IMG/VR virus record: IMGVR_UViG_3300027963_000035
Span: 62,001-126,000 of that record
Strand: one strand, 5' to 3'
DNA: 64,000 nucleotides
In this document: piece by piece, positions 48,822 to 58,959 of the stretch
Position numbering within the stretch: the first letter of the stretch is position 1
Layout of the letters: each line of letters opens with the position of its first letter
The notes under the pieces: model-generated
Databases searched by the model: none
Told to the model about the DNA's origin: nothing
The model's input: the letters and a program-made list of their open reading frames with translations, nothing else
Translations under genes and position numbers: made by a program

Positions 48822-49265
48822 CTATTTTTTAATATGTTTTATGTTCCATATGCCACCGTCTCCTGAATCTGGAACAAAATCCTTATTTTTCGTGTAAGAA
48901 GGTTTTCCGGGTATTTTTTTTATGCTCCAGGGCTTTCCTTCTCCATATTTTGCCGAGAACCCATCTTTATTACTTTTTGGCTCAGAGGATTCGCCACCTA
49001 TGCCCTTTATACTCCACAAACCAGACTCGCCGCTATTTAATTTTGTATTTGACTCCCCAGGTATATGAGTTATATCAAACGATGTCTTATCTGTTGAATT
49101 GTAGATTCTTTCGTCTACGGACAGGTAAAAGATTGCATCCGCACTTCTTGTGAGGTACCACTGGGGCGGGTATAATCCTATTCCACCGTATCCCAATGGA
49201 TACAAACCAGTTTTGCCGCCAGGATTAGAACCTTCACTTATAAGCCAATCTTTAAAATTTAACAT
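48822..49265 (-). CDS. Hypothetical protein with capsid-targeting-like N-terminus and short internal repeats
   Basis: Starts MLNFKDWLISE; repeats FDITHIPG / WSIKGIGG / WSIKKIPG / WNIKHIKK. Confidence 0.6.
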   Translation of the reverse strand: MLNFKDWLISEGSNPGGKTGLYPLGYGGIGLYPPQWYLTRSADAIFYLSVDERIYNSTDKTSFDITHIPGESNTKLNSGESGLWSIKGIGGESSEPKSNKDGFSAKYGEGKPWSIKKIPGKPSYTKNKDFVPDSGDGGIWNIKHIKK

Positions 49266-49270
49266 ATAAT

Positions 49271-49633
49271 TTATCTATAAATTTTATTTAGTTTTTCTCT
49301 CCAATTTTTAGCATCTTCTAATATATTTGGATTAAATCTAACCCAATTTTTTAGATGGCCGAAAAATAGATGGCAGTTAAATGTGGGCGTTTCACATAAA
49401 ACTATAAAATTATCATTATCAAGTTCTTTTGTTGGGTCCACATGAACAGGCACTATATGATGCACAACCAAATTTTTTGTTGCGCCACATACGGCACATT
49501 CTTTACGCTCAATCGGAAGTGATTCAAGATAATTTTTTCTGACCGTCCTCCACTTCCCAGATCTTGGTGCAGATAAAGCTTGAATTTCTTCTTTTGATAA
49601 TTTAAAGAATATACTTTTAATAAAGTTGAACAT
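49271..49633 (-). CDS. HNH endonuclease
   Basis: CAVCG...VVHHIVP...LDNDNFIVLCE...CHLFFGH. Confidence 0.85.
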   Translation of the reverse strand: MFNFIKSIFFKLSKEEIQALSAPRSGKWRTVRKNYLESLPIERKECAVCGATKNLVVHHIVPVHVDPTKELDNDNFIVLCETPTFNCHLFFGHLKNWVRFNPNILEDAKNWREKLNKIYR

Positions 49634-49653
49634 CTAATAATATATAGTATATC
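49634..49653. promoter_or_regulatory. Putative bidirectional TATATA promoter element
   Basis: 20-nt spacer ctaataatatatagtatatc between divergent ATGs at 49633 (-) and 49654 (+); no SD on either side. Confidence 0.45.
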
Positions 49654-50472
49654 ATGAATTTTAAACTTTGGCTTGTCGAATCTAGTCTTAGGGATTTACT
49701 TAAGGATGTCCCTCAAAATCCCGAACACCACGCAGAGGGCGATGTTTTTAAACATACTAGAATGGTTAGAAACTCTCTTGATATTGCTAAAAGACTACTT
49801 AAGAAAGAGCAAGGAATTTTTCCCTTTTCAAAAATAAACTTTGATCTGTCTGATAAAGAGGAAAAGATTCTTAAGATTTGTGCTTGGCTTCACGATATTG
49901 GAAAAGCAAGTGCGACAACTGTAGACGGCATTCATTGGAAAGATGCCGCCGACACATCCGGTAAGATATCAGCACACCAGCACGATCAATCCCACCATTA
50001 CGAGCCAATGATAGATAAGCTTGGTTCAATGTGGAGTCCTATGTTATCGGCACTATCCCCTGATGAAATACAAGATATATACTTCTGTATTGATTATCAC
50101 ATGAGTCTTGGAAATGGATCTTTTTCCAAGAAGGTGTCTTCTGTTGTTTTCGATCAAGATGGAAATTATAAAAATGAAAGAAAAGTTAAACTTCTTCTTT
50201 ATATAATAACAATGGATTGGACTGGAAGAATATCTGGGAATAAGGGCGGTGAAAATGGGGCGCTAGACGCCATACAAGGTTTTAAAAATTCTGCGTATAA
50301 ATTATTAGAAAAAAATAAAATTATTAATAGCAGAAAGAAAACTTCCATAGATGATCCAAAAGAATTTATCTTATCCTTAAAAGGCAAGCCGATAGAAGTT
50401 ATCAAAAAAGCATTTATTAATAAATTCGGTAGAGAAATATCTGATGATGAGATTTCTTTAGTTGATTTTTAA
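49654..50472 (+). CDS. Stand-alone HD-domain phosphohydrolase of the CCA-enzyme/Pnkp-associated type
   Basis: QNPEHHAEGDVFKHT, AWLHDIGKA, HH, YHM, MD..GR; N-terminus MNFKLWLVES. Confidence 0.82.
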   Translation: MNFKLWLVESSLRDLLKDVPQNPEHHAEGDVFKHTRMVRNSLDIAKRLLKKEQGIFPFSKINFDLSDKEEKILKICAWLHDIGKASATTVDGIHWKDAADTSGKISAHQHDQSHHYEPMIDKLGSMWSPMLSALSPDEIQDIYFCIDYHMSLGNGSFSKKVSSVVFDQDGNYKNERKVKLLLYIITMDWTGRISGNKGGENGALDAIQGFKNSAYKLLEKNKIINSRKKTSIDDPKEFILSLKGKPIEVIKKAFINKFGREISDDEISLVDF

Positions 50473-50499
50473 TTATTTTTGCATTATAATAATATCATT

Positions 50500-50931
50500 A
50501 TGCTACAAGAAATAATATACTCTTGGCAAGATTTTGATTCAGATATGAGAATCTTATCTGGTCGTGTATCTGGGTCGGGTGTAATGCCTGATTTCATAAT
50601 TGGTATTAAACGAGGAGGATTAGTTCCTTCTATTAAATTCAGCCACATACTCTCTGTTCCTCTTAGAGTTGCAACAATTTATAAAGATAATATAACCATA
50701 GAATTAGAAGATGTGTCTAAATCTTCTAATCTACTATTGGTAGACGAAATTTGTGATAGCGGGGATACTCTACAAAGAATAAGATCACGTCTGACTTCAG
50801 AAGGTTTTTCAAACATATATTCGGCATGCCTGTTCTACAATATAAGACAATCTTTTACAGTAGACTACACTGCAAGAAAAATAGATCGAGAAAAAGAAAA
50901 TAGATGGATAGTTTTTCCTTGGGAAAACTAA
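50500..50931 (+). CDS. Type I phosphoribosyltransferase (purine PRT-like)
   Basis: IIGIKRGGLVP, LLLVDEICDSGDTL (PRPP loop), WIVFPWE. Confidence 0.88.
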   Translation: MLQEIIYSWQDFDSDMRILSGRVSGSGVMPDFIIGIKRGGLVPSIKFSHILSVPLRVATIYKDNITIELEDVSKSSNLLLVDEICDSGDTLQRIRSRLTSEGFSNIYSACLFYNIRQSFTVDYTARKIDREKENRWIVFPWEN

Positions 50932-51018
50932 TTCTTTAAGTTTCTTTTTGGTACGGTATCTTGAATATCCATCCTGTGAGGAGTAGTATTTCTCCACACA
51001 CTATACCAAGGTGCCGCA

Positions 51019-51552
51019 ATGAATTTGGAATCGTTTGATTTTGATATCAACAAATATAAAATTGAAGACAATTCTTCTAAGACAAAGAAAAAGAAGCGAA
51101 AATATTACCCATTATATGAAAACTATGATAATGGCAGTGAAAAGTATTACAAGAGAATAGTGGATGAAGATCCTGTTTGGGATGGTACTCGAATCTTTTT
51201 CATGAATGACACTGGCTATCTTTCTTACTTGATGAAGCATCCTTTATTGAAGAAGTTTCAAAATATAGATTGCACCGTTTTTGAATCTAAGAATACAAGT
51301 AAACTGGACATTGATTTCGCCAAATTCAAGCCCGATATAATTGTTGCTGTCGGTAAGTCCGCACCATTTGCTCTCAAATTGAATGATAAGATCCCTGTCG
51401 TGCTAGTTGATCCCGAAGGATTTTTCATGGACGAAGAACGCAAGTCAATCATCCTGAACTCTAAGAGAGACATATACGACCAGCTAAGGACTATTATTGA
51501 CTTCATAGAGACAGATGTTTCACCAGACAAATATCCTCTTTATGCTTTTTAA
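51019..51552 (+). CDS. Hypothetical protein
   Basis: 177-aa ORF; no longer ORF on the opposite strand; KPDIIVAVG...IPVVLVDP alpha/beta-like segment. Confidence 0.5.
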   Translation: MNLESFDFDINKYKIEDNSSKTKKKKRKYYPLYENYDNGSEKYYKRIVDEDPVWDGTRIFFMNDTGYLSYLMKHPLLKKFQNIDCTVFESKNTSKLDIDFAKFKPDIIVAVGKSAPFALKLNDKIPVVLVDPEGFFMDEERKSIILNSKRDIYDQLRTIIDFIETDVSPDKYPLYAF

Positions 51553-52646
51553 TTTTTTCGGATTAATATCCACTTGTTTTTATTGATTTCTAATAATTCT
51601 ATATTTTCTTTAATATTGTCTGTGATCTCTGAGCCGGGATAGATTTCAAATATTCTGTCTCTGTACAAATCGGAATCGGGAATATATGCCAAACCATTTT
51701 CTTTTAAAGAAGATATGTGTTCTCTGAATACAGCCTCTTCAGGTTGATGTTCTAGATTATAATCAAAATTATAAAACATCAATCTGGACAATGCCCCCTC
51801 CCCAAATGGGCAGCATTGCCTGTGTTCATATTGGCATCTTGTTTGACCCGTATAATATTCCCAATTATAAATATCTTTTTCATAAGAATACCAAAATGGT
51901 GTTCCTCCCCAATCCCAATTCCAAGTCTTGACGGGGAATAGTTTTCCAAAATTTGCGGGACTGTTCACCACAACTTTTCTATCTACTGGATTTCCGCCAT
52001 AGTAATAATCTAATATATTATTTACAAAATATTGTCTTTTGCCATTTGTGTAATGAATAGAGAATAGTTTTTCACCAAGTATGTAAAAACAAGATAATAA
52101 ATTAGTGACTTTTGTTTTAAACTTTTTAATTGCTAAAAAATTAAAAAAAGCAATATCTTCTAATGTTATATTTGAGGTATTTTCAAATTTTATAAATTCT
52201 CGACAAACTTCTTTGGACATTAAAATTCCACCGCCGCCACCAAATTTTGCCCTCAATACATCGAATCCTTCCATCTCCTTCATTAAATCATCTATCACGT
52301 AATGATTTAAATAAGATCCATCGTCTGTCCTGAATATGTAATCAAACTCTTCGTTTTTTAACGACCATAGTACAGCCTCTTTCAATCTTTCAATCATAAA
52401 CGACCCCAGTCCAGTATTGGGATAGTCGTAAGATTCATTAGCTATTAAGTGTAGTATCTTGTTGTCTTTATCATAAGATACTTCTTTGTTGCCTCCATCA
52501 AAAAATATCACTTTGTGGCCCAAAGACTCTATTTTTGGGACCCATGTCTCTAAACAAGACATTTTTCGTGTCAGTCCAGGATTCTCTATTTTAATCCCAC
52601 TCCCATTATAATATTTGCTAGTATAGGCTAAAAAAAGTATTTTCAC
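51549..52646 (-). CDS. Glycosyltransferase, GT31/Fringe-like
   Basis: CLETWV, FDYIFRTDDGSYLN, GGGGILMS, LEDIAF, FSIH. Confidence 0.68.
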   Translation of the reverse strand: MKILFLAYTSKYYNGSGIKIENPGLTRKMSCLETWVPKIESLGHKVIFFDGGNKEVSYDKDNKILHLIANESYDYPNTGLGSFMIERLKEAVLWSLKNEEFDYIFRTDDGSYLNHYVIDDLMKEMEGFDVLRAKFGGGGGILMSKEVCREFIKFENTSNITLEDIAFFNFLAIKKFKTKVTNLLSCFYILGEKLFSIHYTNGKRQYFVNNILDYYYGGNPVDRKVVVNSPANFGKLFPVKTWNWDWGGTPFWYSYEKDIYNWEYYTGQTRCQYEHRQCCPFGEGALSRLMFYNFDYNLEHQPEEAVFREHISSLKENGLAYIPDSDLYRDRIFEIYPGSEITDNIKENIELLEINKNKWILIRKN

Positions 52647-52689
52647 TTAATAACATAGTAATTTTAGATGAAAACAATATATATCCTTA

Positions 52690-54078
52690 ATGACAGACAC
52701 ACTAAGAACAAGAACAGATATATTATCCTTATTTTACAATAATTCTTCTGGCGATATATCCGCCCAGGATATGAGAGATTTTGTAACTAGTATTTTCTTA
52801 TCTGCCGATAATCAATTGGTAATAGGCTCTTTGAATACAAGTGACCTTGGTGCGGATCAAAGTGGAATCAAGGTAAATGCGGCAACCCCTAAAACCATAT
52901 TATTCGACTATACCAAACATTCTTGGACAAGTAGTGAAAGCTTTAATTTAAGTCTTTATAAGTCATATAAAATTGATGGGGACTTAGTGTTGGATCAATA
53001 CTCCCTGGGAGATACCGTTAGTTATTCTAAACTAACGCAAGTCGGAACCATTCTCTCTGGCACGTGGGAAGCCACCCCAGTTGATGTTTCTTGGGGAGGA
53101 ACAGGCAGATCATCTCTTAATCTAGGCAGCTTCTTAGTCGGTGATGGAGCCAATCCGGTAAGTGTAACAGACGATGTTGTTTGGAGTAAATCGGAAAAAT
53201 CTCTTCATGTTAAGGGCTATGTATCTATAGAGAATAATAGTGATCCGTTCTCAGAAAATCAGAATTCAATAATTTTAGAAAAAAGAAACAATCTATCTAA
53301 AAGCATAACGTACTCGGGCACGGCAACAACAATTGGAAATAGCGAAAAAACTTTTTTTGAATTTGATGTCCCTGATAATCTTTTGGCCAAGTTTAGAATA
53401 TCATGTAGCGGCACTAACTTCGACAGAAATGCCGCAATATCATCTGATATAGAAGTGACATATAGGAGATCAATAAACCCTGATACTCCATTAAGTCCAA
53501 CTCAATACATATATCTTGTGGGCGAAGAAAATAAATCATTAAATACTGATAATGACGATTGGGATGTTAACATTAGAGTTGAAGATGATAAGATTAGATT
53601 AAAGGTTTTGGGGAGCGATGTTAATTGGATAGCTGAAATAGATGTTCACTTCATGTACACTCCGACAGTTACTACAACCACGATTGGCCCGACCACAACC
53701 ACACTAGAGCCGACAACCACAACCACGACCACCACAGGACCAACAACAACCATGGCACCAACCACTACCACAACCACTACGACAACAACTGTTTTCTTGA
53801 ATACATCTATTACTACTGTGTTGGGGGCAAATCCCCTATCACCTAGTTACTGGTTCGTGGAATCTACTGGGGTCACAGTAACATCGGAAAGCGAAACTAT
53901 ATTTGAGTTTAATGCTTTAAGTAGCTCGGGAATTCCATATAACATGGATATTAAAGCAGAAGGAATTTTAATAGCTTCTGTGTCTTTTTCTCCAAGCTAC
54001 TTATCTTTGCCATTTAGAATCACAAAATCAGGAAGCACTTATTCTGGATTTTTTACAAATGGCGACGTGAATTTTTAA
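52690..54078 (+). CDS. Putative virion fibre/structural protein with a Thr-rich linker
   Basis: 462 aa; TPVDVSWGGTG fibre-like motif; TTTTIGPTTTTLEPTTTTTTTTGPTTTMAPTTTTTTTTTT linker. Confidence 0.6.
   Translation: MTDTLRTRTDILSLFYNNSSGDISAQDMRDFVTSIFLSADNQLVIGSLNTSDLGADQSGIKVNAATPKTILFDYTKHSWTSSESFNLSLYKSYKIDGDLVLDQYSLGDTVSYSKLTQVGTILSGTWEATPVDVSWGGTGRSSLNLGSFLVGDGANPVSVTDDVVWSKSEKSLHVKGYVSIENNSDPFSENQNSIILEKRNNLSKSITYSGTATTIGNSEKTFFEFDVPDNLLAKFRISCSGTNFDRNAAISSDIEVTYRRSINPDTPLSPTQYIYLVGEENKSLNTDNDDWDVNIRVEDDKIRLKVLGSDVNWIAEIDVHFMYTPTVTTTTIGPTTTTLEPTTTTTTTTGPTTTMAPTTTTTTTTTTVFLNTSITTVLGANPLSPSYWFVESTGVTVTSESETIFEFNALSSSGIPYNMDIKAEGILIASVSFSPSYLSLPFRITKSGSTYSGFFTNGDVNF
53658..53790 (+). repeat. 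Poly-Thr/Pro low-complexity coding tract
   Basis: ACN-rich coding run seen directly. Confidence 0.8.
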
Positions 54079-54111
54079 TTTTATGTGCTTCACTTTGAGG
54101 TTAGAACTAAA

Positions 54112-57096
54112 ATGATAATTAATAAATTATATCAAATAATAAGTTCAAGAGAAAGTTATAATCTATCCGGTTTATCTCAAGTCGATATAGTATATGGAGA
54201 ATCCGCTAGTGGCAATAATCTTTTATCTTGGACCCCAACAGGACTTCCTGGATTTAGTACGTTGGGTCCTGAAAAATCATACATAATAAAAAATGCAAGT
54301 AATTTTTCTGATTATATTTTGAATATTAATTCAAATTCTCCTGATCAAAGTGGAGCTATAAATAAAAAATTTCAATTTATTACCTACAAAGCGGAATCTA
54401 ATTTTAATATTTCCAACCTTTCATCCGAAGTAAAGAATAGGATCACCGCAATTATTGCAGAATCCCCCAGTGGAAATAATTTGTTATCTTGGACGCCCAG
54501 TGGATTTCCTGGCTTTTCTCAGCTTGTTTGTGGAAAAACATACCTTGTAATAAGCAGGTCAAATAATTTTTCTCCTTATGATTTAGATTTGCCTCCCCCT
54601 CAAGTCTCATATCCAGTGTCCGCCTATTATGTTGGTGGATATTTTAGATTAAAAAATCCAAACACAAACAACTACACCTCTAATTTATCGTCTTCTTATT
54701 TTTATGAATCAGATATTGGTGACTATAATCTAATTGATAGAAAATTTTCCGGAACATCATTTGACTTTAATTATTCTAACTCAATCGATAAAGCAAAAGA
54801 AGACTTTCCCGAATTCACAGAAGTTGATTATGCATCATTTGAAGTTGTGTTAATTGACTCTTCTAGTAAAGTTGTCGGATGGGCCACCACTAGCACAGAT
54901 GCAGCAGAAGTTCCTACTCATGGAGCCGGGGGTTCTTATTTAAATATAAGATTATTTGATTTTCCAACAATATATGATGAAGAATCTTGGACATTGGGAT
55001 CCTTATCCAGCGGACCTTCTTCTATTGTTTTTAATAATATTAGTCCATATAAGATATTATCCCCCTCTGTTGTTTCCACCCCTACTCCCACGCTTACTCC
55101 CACGCTTACTCCCACATTAACCCTAACACCAACTCTCACAAGAACAAATACTAGAACCCCAACTGCAACACTTACAAGCACACCTACGCTAACAAGTACT
55201 CAGACGCTCACTTCAACTAATACTCAAACTCCAACTTTAACCTCAACCAACACTCAAGCATCTACTCCCACTTATACTCCTATTCCGACAAATACTCCAA
55301 CTTTAACAATAACCCCCACACTAACAGAGACTCCAACTTTAACAAGTACTCCCACACTAACAGAGACTCCAACTTTAACAAATACCCCCACATTAACAGA
55401 AACTTCTGCCCCAACGAATACTCCTACTCCTACGAATACTCCTACTCCTACGAATACTCCTACATTAACAAACACACAAACATCAACAAGTACTCCTACA
55501 CTAACTCCCACAATAAGTTTAACAAACACCAATACTCAAACACCAATTAAAACCAGTACTCCGACTTTAACAAATACTCCTACACTAACAGAAACTCCCA
55601 CTTTAACTAGTACTCCCACTTTAACAAATACTCCGACAATAACTGGCACTCAAACCCTGACCAGTACTCAAACATTAATTTTAACTCAGACGGCAACCTT
55701 AACAAGCACTCCAACACTCACTCCGACTTTAACTCCCACACTAACTAATACTCCTACTTTAACGGGAACTCCAACTTTAACTAGTTCTCAAACACCGACC
55801 AATACTAGCACTCCTACACAAACTAGTACCACAACATTAACTAACACTCCAACTTTAACATTAACTAGCACTCCAACTTTAACCAACACTAGAACATCAA
55901 CTAATACTCCAACATTAACTAACACCAAAACATTAACTAACACTCCAACATTAACTAGAACCAACACCAGAACTCCCACCAATACTCAAACTCCTACTTC
56001 AACTAAAACCCCAACATTAACCCAAACAGTAACAGGCACATATTTGTCTTCTGTTAATGGGTTAGTTCTACATCTAGATGCCGGGGATATATCGAGTTAC
56101 CCTGGCACTGGCTATGTGTGGAGAGATCTTAGCGGTCTTGGTAATCACGCAACACTCATAAGTCAGCCAATTTATAGTGCTAATCATGGTGGAATTTTGA
56201 TATTTAATTCCAATAGCACCACTCAATGGGCGGAGGTTACCAACAATGCTTCGATCAATAATTTGAGCGGTGACTTTGCTTATGAAATATGGGTTTATCC
56301 AAAGAATGGAGGTTTTACTTATGGTAAAATCTTTGGTAAAGGAAAATACTCGGCGGGGGCCGGATTCAATGGTGTTTTAAACAATATAAATAGTAATACC
56401 ACCGAGTGGCAATACCAAGATGCCGGCGGCAATCCGATTTCTCTCTTGACGGACAGTACTGATTTTAATACTTGGGTTCATCTCGTATACACCAGAACTA
56501 AGGGCGTGTTTAGATTATATAAAAATTCAGTAAAAATGTTTACCGATAATAGCCCGTTGATAAATAATTATGACTTTAGTAGCAATTATCCTCTTAGAAT
56601 TGCAGCCAACAGCCAACCAGTTCCAGATTGGTCACAACAAAGAGTAGGGGTATTTAAACAATACAATAGGGGATTATCTGCAGTCGAGGTTCTTCAAAAT
56701 TTCGAGATGTTGCGAGGTCGTTATGATATACCCTTCCCGACACCAACTCCAACAAAAACTTTAACTCCTACACCTACAATCACATTGACGGCAACGCCCA
56801 CATATACGCCGAATGTTATTTTTACTGATCCTATTAATCTAAGATCAAGATATGGTGCACCAAGTACACTGGCGTGGGATCAGAGAAACCTAGACTATAT
56901 AGCCAGCATAGAATCACCTAGGAATTATAAAATATTATCCGTATCTCAAAAAGCACCCGGATCAGGAAATAAATCAAATTACACGAGTTGCGGAGACAAT
57001 AATCACTGTTATTGGAATGGAAGTGGCTGGACTTTGGTAGGTGCTTGCTCGTCCAACTGGATCGGCAGCATGACACTAACTAAGATTTGCTGTTAA
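54112..57096 (+). CDS. Mucin-like Thr/Pro repeat protein with LamG/concanavalin-like jelly-roll domain; putative fibre/adhesin
   Basis: Duplicated N-terminal module ([18 protein letters not shown] twice), about 320 aa of TPT/TLT repeats, [25 protein letters not shown] LamG signature; start moved to ATG 54112 (GAGG upstream). Confidence 0.75.
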   Translation: MIINKLYQIISSRESYNLSGLSQVDIVYGESASGNNLLSWTPTGLPGFSTLGPEKSYIIKNASNFSDYILNINSNSPDQSGAINKKFQFITYKAESNFNISNLSSEVKNRITAIIAESPSGNNLLSWTPSGFPGFSQLVCGKTYLVISRSNNFSPYDLDLPPPQVSYPVSAYYVGGYFRLKNPNTNNYTSNLSSSYFYESDIGDYNLIDRKFSGTSFDFNYSNSIDKAKEDFPEFTEVDYASFEVVLIDSSSKVVGWATTSTDAAEVPTHGAGGSYLNIRLFDFPTIYDEESWTLGSLSSGPSSIVFNNISPYKILSPSVVSTPTPTLTPTLTPTLTLTPTLTRTNTRTPTATLTSTPTLTSTQTLTSTNTQTPTLTSTNTQASTPTYTPIPTNTPTLTITPTLTETPTLTSTPTLTETPTLTNTPTLTETSAPTNTPTPTNTPTPTNTPTLTNTQTSTSTPTLTPTISLTNTNTQTPIKTSTPTLTNTPTLTETPTLTSTPTLTNTPTITGTQTLTSTQTLILTQTATLTSTPTLTPTLTPTLTNTPTLTGTPTLTSSQTPTNTSTPTQTSTTTLTNTPTLTLTSTPTLTNTRTSTNTPTLTNTKTLTNTPTLTRTNTRTPTNTQTPTSTKTPTLTQTVTGTYLSSVNGLVLHLDAGDISSYPGTGYVWRDLSGLGNHATLISQPIYSANHGGILIFNSNSTTQWAEVTNNASINNLSGDFAYEIWVYPKNGGFTYGKIFGKGKYSAGAGFNGVLNNINSNTTEWQYQDAGGNPISLLTDSTDFNTWVHLVYTRTKGVFRLYKNSVKMFTDNSPLINNYDFSSNYPLRIAANSQPVPDWSQQRVGVFKQYNRGLSAVEVLQNFEMLRGRYDIPFPTPTPTKTLTPTPTITLTATPTYTPNVIFTDPINLRSRYGAPSTLAWDQRNLDYIASIESPRNYKILSVSQKAPGSGNKSNYTSCGDNNHCYWNGSGWTLVGACSSNWIGSMTLTKICC
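55075..56037 (+). repeat. Degenerate 6-residue (18-nt) T-P-T-L-T-x coding repeat array
   Basis: Recurrent actccaactttaacaaat-like units through the region. Confidence 0.82.
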
Positions 57097-57099
57097 TAA

Positions 57100-57735
57100 T
57101 TATTTGAAAAAAGCAACGATAGAGCAGCGGGCATTGGCCCCAGAATCTTCGTCTACTCTATTTATTTGATGCCAAACCCCACCTCTTGTTGCAACAATTC
57201 TGTTGGGCTTTGGTTGAATATAATACCCACATGCAACATAGTTCATTATTTTATCTGTCCACCAAGTCTCTAAAGGTCCGCCTACATTTTCCTTTTTATA
57301 CTCTATGTTTGGGGTCTCGGCCAACATTAACTCGCCACCCCATCCTGCTCCCCAATAGGGATGAGTATAAAATATAACTGCTGCTGTATAGCCAGTGTCG
57401 TTGTGCCAATTTATTTTAGTTCCTCTTCCATAGATATATGCTCTTAAAAAGACTTCTTTCCATTTGCCAAAAATTTCTGGATGGTTATTATTAATTTCGT
57501 TTATTTTTTCATAAACCTTATCAAGTGGGTTTTTGAATGGGTAATCTTTAGCATTATATTCCTTACTCCCCATGGGATTCCCGTCAGTCAATTTCCAAAC
57601 TTTCATGAATCCATTTGAGTTTATAGAAGAATAATCTATGGTTTGAAACCAATCCCACATAACTTTAAACTCTTCTGGAGTGAGGACGTTATCGTAGATT
57701 ACGAATTTATCTTCATTTTGTAATATTTTATCCAT
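57100..57735 (-). CDS. 2OG-Fe(II) oxygenase, prolyl-4-hydroxylase-like
   Basis: HxD (WHND), WGGEL, PKPNRIV, distal His (WHQI) and RxS (RCS). Confidence 0.85.
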   Translation of the reverse strand: MDKILQNEDKFVIYDNVLTPEEFKVMWDWFQTIDYSSINSNGFMKVWKLTDGNPMGSKEYNAKDYPFKNPLDKVYEKINEINNNHPEIFGKWKEVFLRAYIYGRGTKINWHNDTGYTAAVIFYTHPYWGAGWGGELMLAETPNIEYKKENVGGPLETWWTDKIMNYVACGYYIQPKPNRIVATRGGVWHQINRVDEDSGANARCSIVAFFK

Positions 57736-57790
57736 TCTTTAATTATAGATTATTTTTAGTTCAAATCAATATATATTAAAAAGGATAAAA

Positions 57791-58141
57791 ATGAACGATA
57801 TATTAAAACTCGCCGGTTTAACTGAACAAGTTGAAAAATTTAATAATTTCTCAGAAAAAAGATTTGATGGTGCAAAAAAGATATCTGAGATGGCTGAAGA
57901 AAAAGGTGGTCCCGCCCTTCTTACACATTATCACTTTGCCGTCAAACTTCCCTACTACAAAAAAGCCTTAGAAGGAAAGATGGACTTTGAAAAAAGCAAA
58001 GAAGAATATAAAAAGCTTTGTGAAAAACTTCATTCAATGATGGATAAAATAGAAGATGTAAACCAAAAAACATTCCAGGAACTACTTGGTAAAATGGAAG
58101 TTTTAGGAGAACTATTAATACAAGAAAAAAATTCTAAATGA
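57791..58141 (+). CDS. Hypothetical helical protein
   Basis: 116-aa ORF, AAGGA SD and AATATATATT upstream. Confidence 0.6.
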   Translation: MNDILKLAGLTEQVEKFNNFSEKRFDGAKKISEMAEEKGGPALLTHYHFAVKLPYYKKALEGKMDFEKSKEEYKKLCEKLHSMMDKIEDVNQKTFQELLGKMEVLGELLIQEKNSK

Positions 58142-58959
58142 ACTTCAAAGATTTTATCAACGAGTCGCCTGTAACCAATTTTGAACTAATGGGTCAATGG
58201 GGACCTGAAGCTAAGAGAAAATACGGATATAACACACAAGACTCGGGAATACTAGAAAATCCCAAGGCGGTTGAAAAAATACATAAGCACTGGAGCAACA
58301 GCAAGAGTAATTTTGAATTTTACTTTTTAAGAAGTTTTAAGGCAAGTAAACATGTCGAAGTCGGTCAAGTGACCCCGGAATGGGTTAAAGAGAATTTAGA
58401 AGTTGATATAAAGCCAAAAGAAGATTCTATAACCGTTATATTCACAAATAATACTGGGGCAGAAAAAATACCTATGACAGCTTGGTCCATGGCACATAGA
58501 TTAGGCCATGCGATTAGACGTGATAAAACTTTTGAAAGACATTTTAATGAAGAAGTCAGAAGAGACTTCGATGAAATATTACAATATGTATATGGAATAA
58601 GCACAGACAGATATAACACCCTGCGGCCAGACTATGAGAAGCAGAGAAAAGCAATCTTCTTAGCTGTAGGCACTATGAAAAGTGCAAGAAATAATATCCT
58701 GAGGAATAGTGATGAGTTCGTATATGAACTATTGGCCCAGTATATTATATCAGGTAAAATAACATTCAATGACCTTCCTAAAAGCCTCATAATAGACAGA
58801 AAGATGGCCTGGGGCAGACCCAACTATAGAACAAAGAATATGGTAGATGAAACAGCATACAGAGAATATAATGAAATGCTACACAATAATGCCGTTAAAT
58901 ACGAATATAATCTTGATACTATCTTCAATGGTCTTGAGGGATTGATGTTTGTAATGTGA
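58138..58959 (+). CDS. Hypothetical protein with capsid-targeting-like N-terminus and zincin-like HRxxH motif
   Basis: Starts MNFKDFINES; WSMAHRLGHAI followed later by YELLAQY. Confidence 0.62.
   Translation: MNFKDFINESPVTNFELMGQWGPEAKRKYGYNTQDSGILENPKAVEKIHKHWSNSKSNFEFYFLRSFKASKHVEVGQVTPEWVKENLEVDIKPKEDSITVIFTNNTGAEKIPMTAWSMAHRLGHAIRRDKTFERHFNEEVRRDFDEILQYVYGISTDRYNTLRPDYEKQRKAIFLAVGTMKSARNNILRNSDEFVYELLAQYIISGKITFNDLPKSLIIDRKMAWGRPNYRTKNMVDETAYREYNEMLHNNAVKYEYNLDTIFNGLEGLMFVM

Noticed and set aside
50809-51530. Alternative minus-strand gene in place of the 51019-51552 ORF
   Set aside because: Minus-strand frames are short and closed by stops (TAG just upstream of the GTG at 50997); the plus-strand ORF is the longest reading.
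54936-55982. Val/Gly-rich minus-strand ORFs that look like membrane proteins
   Set aside because: Antisense shadows of the Thr/Pro repeat coding region.
55075-56037. CRISPR-like or other non-coding repeat array
   Set aside because: Units are degenerate, in frame and have no unique spacers; they are coding repeats.
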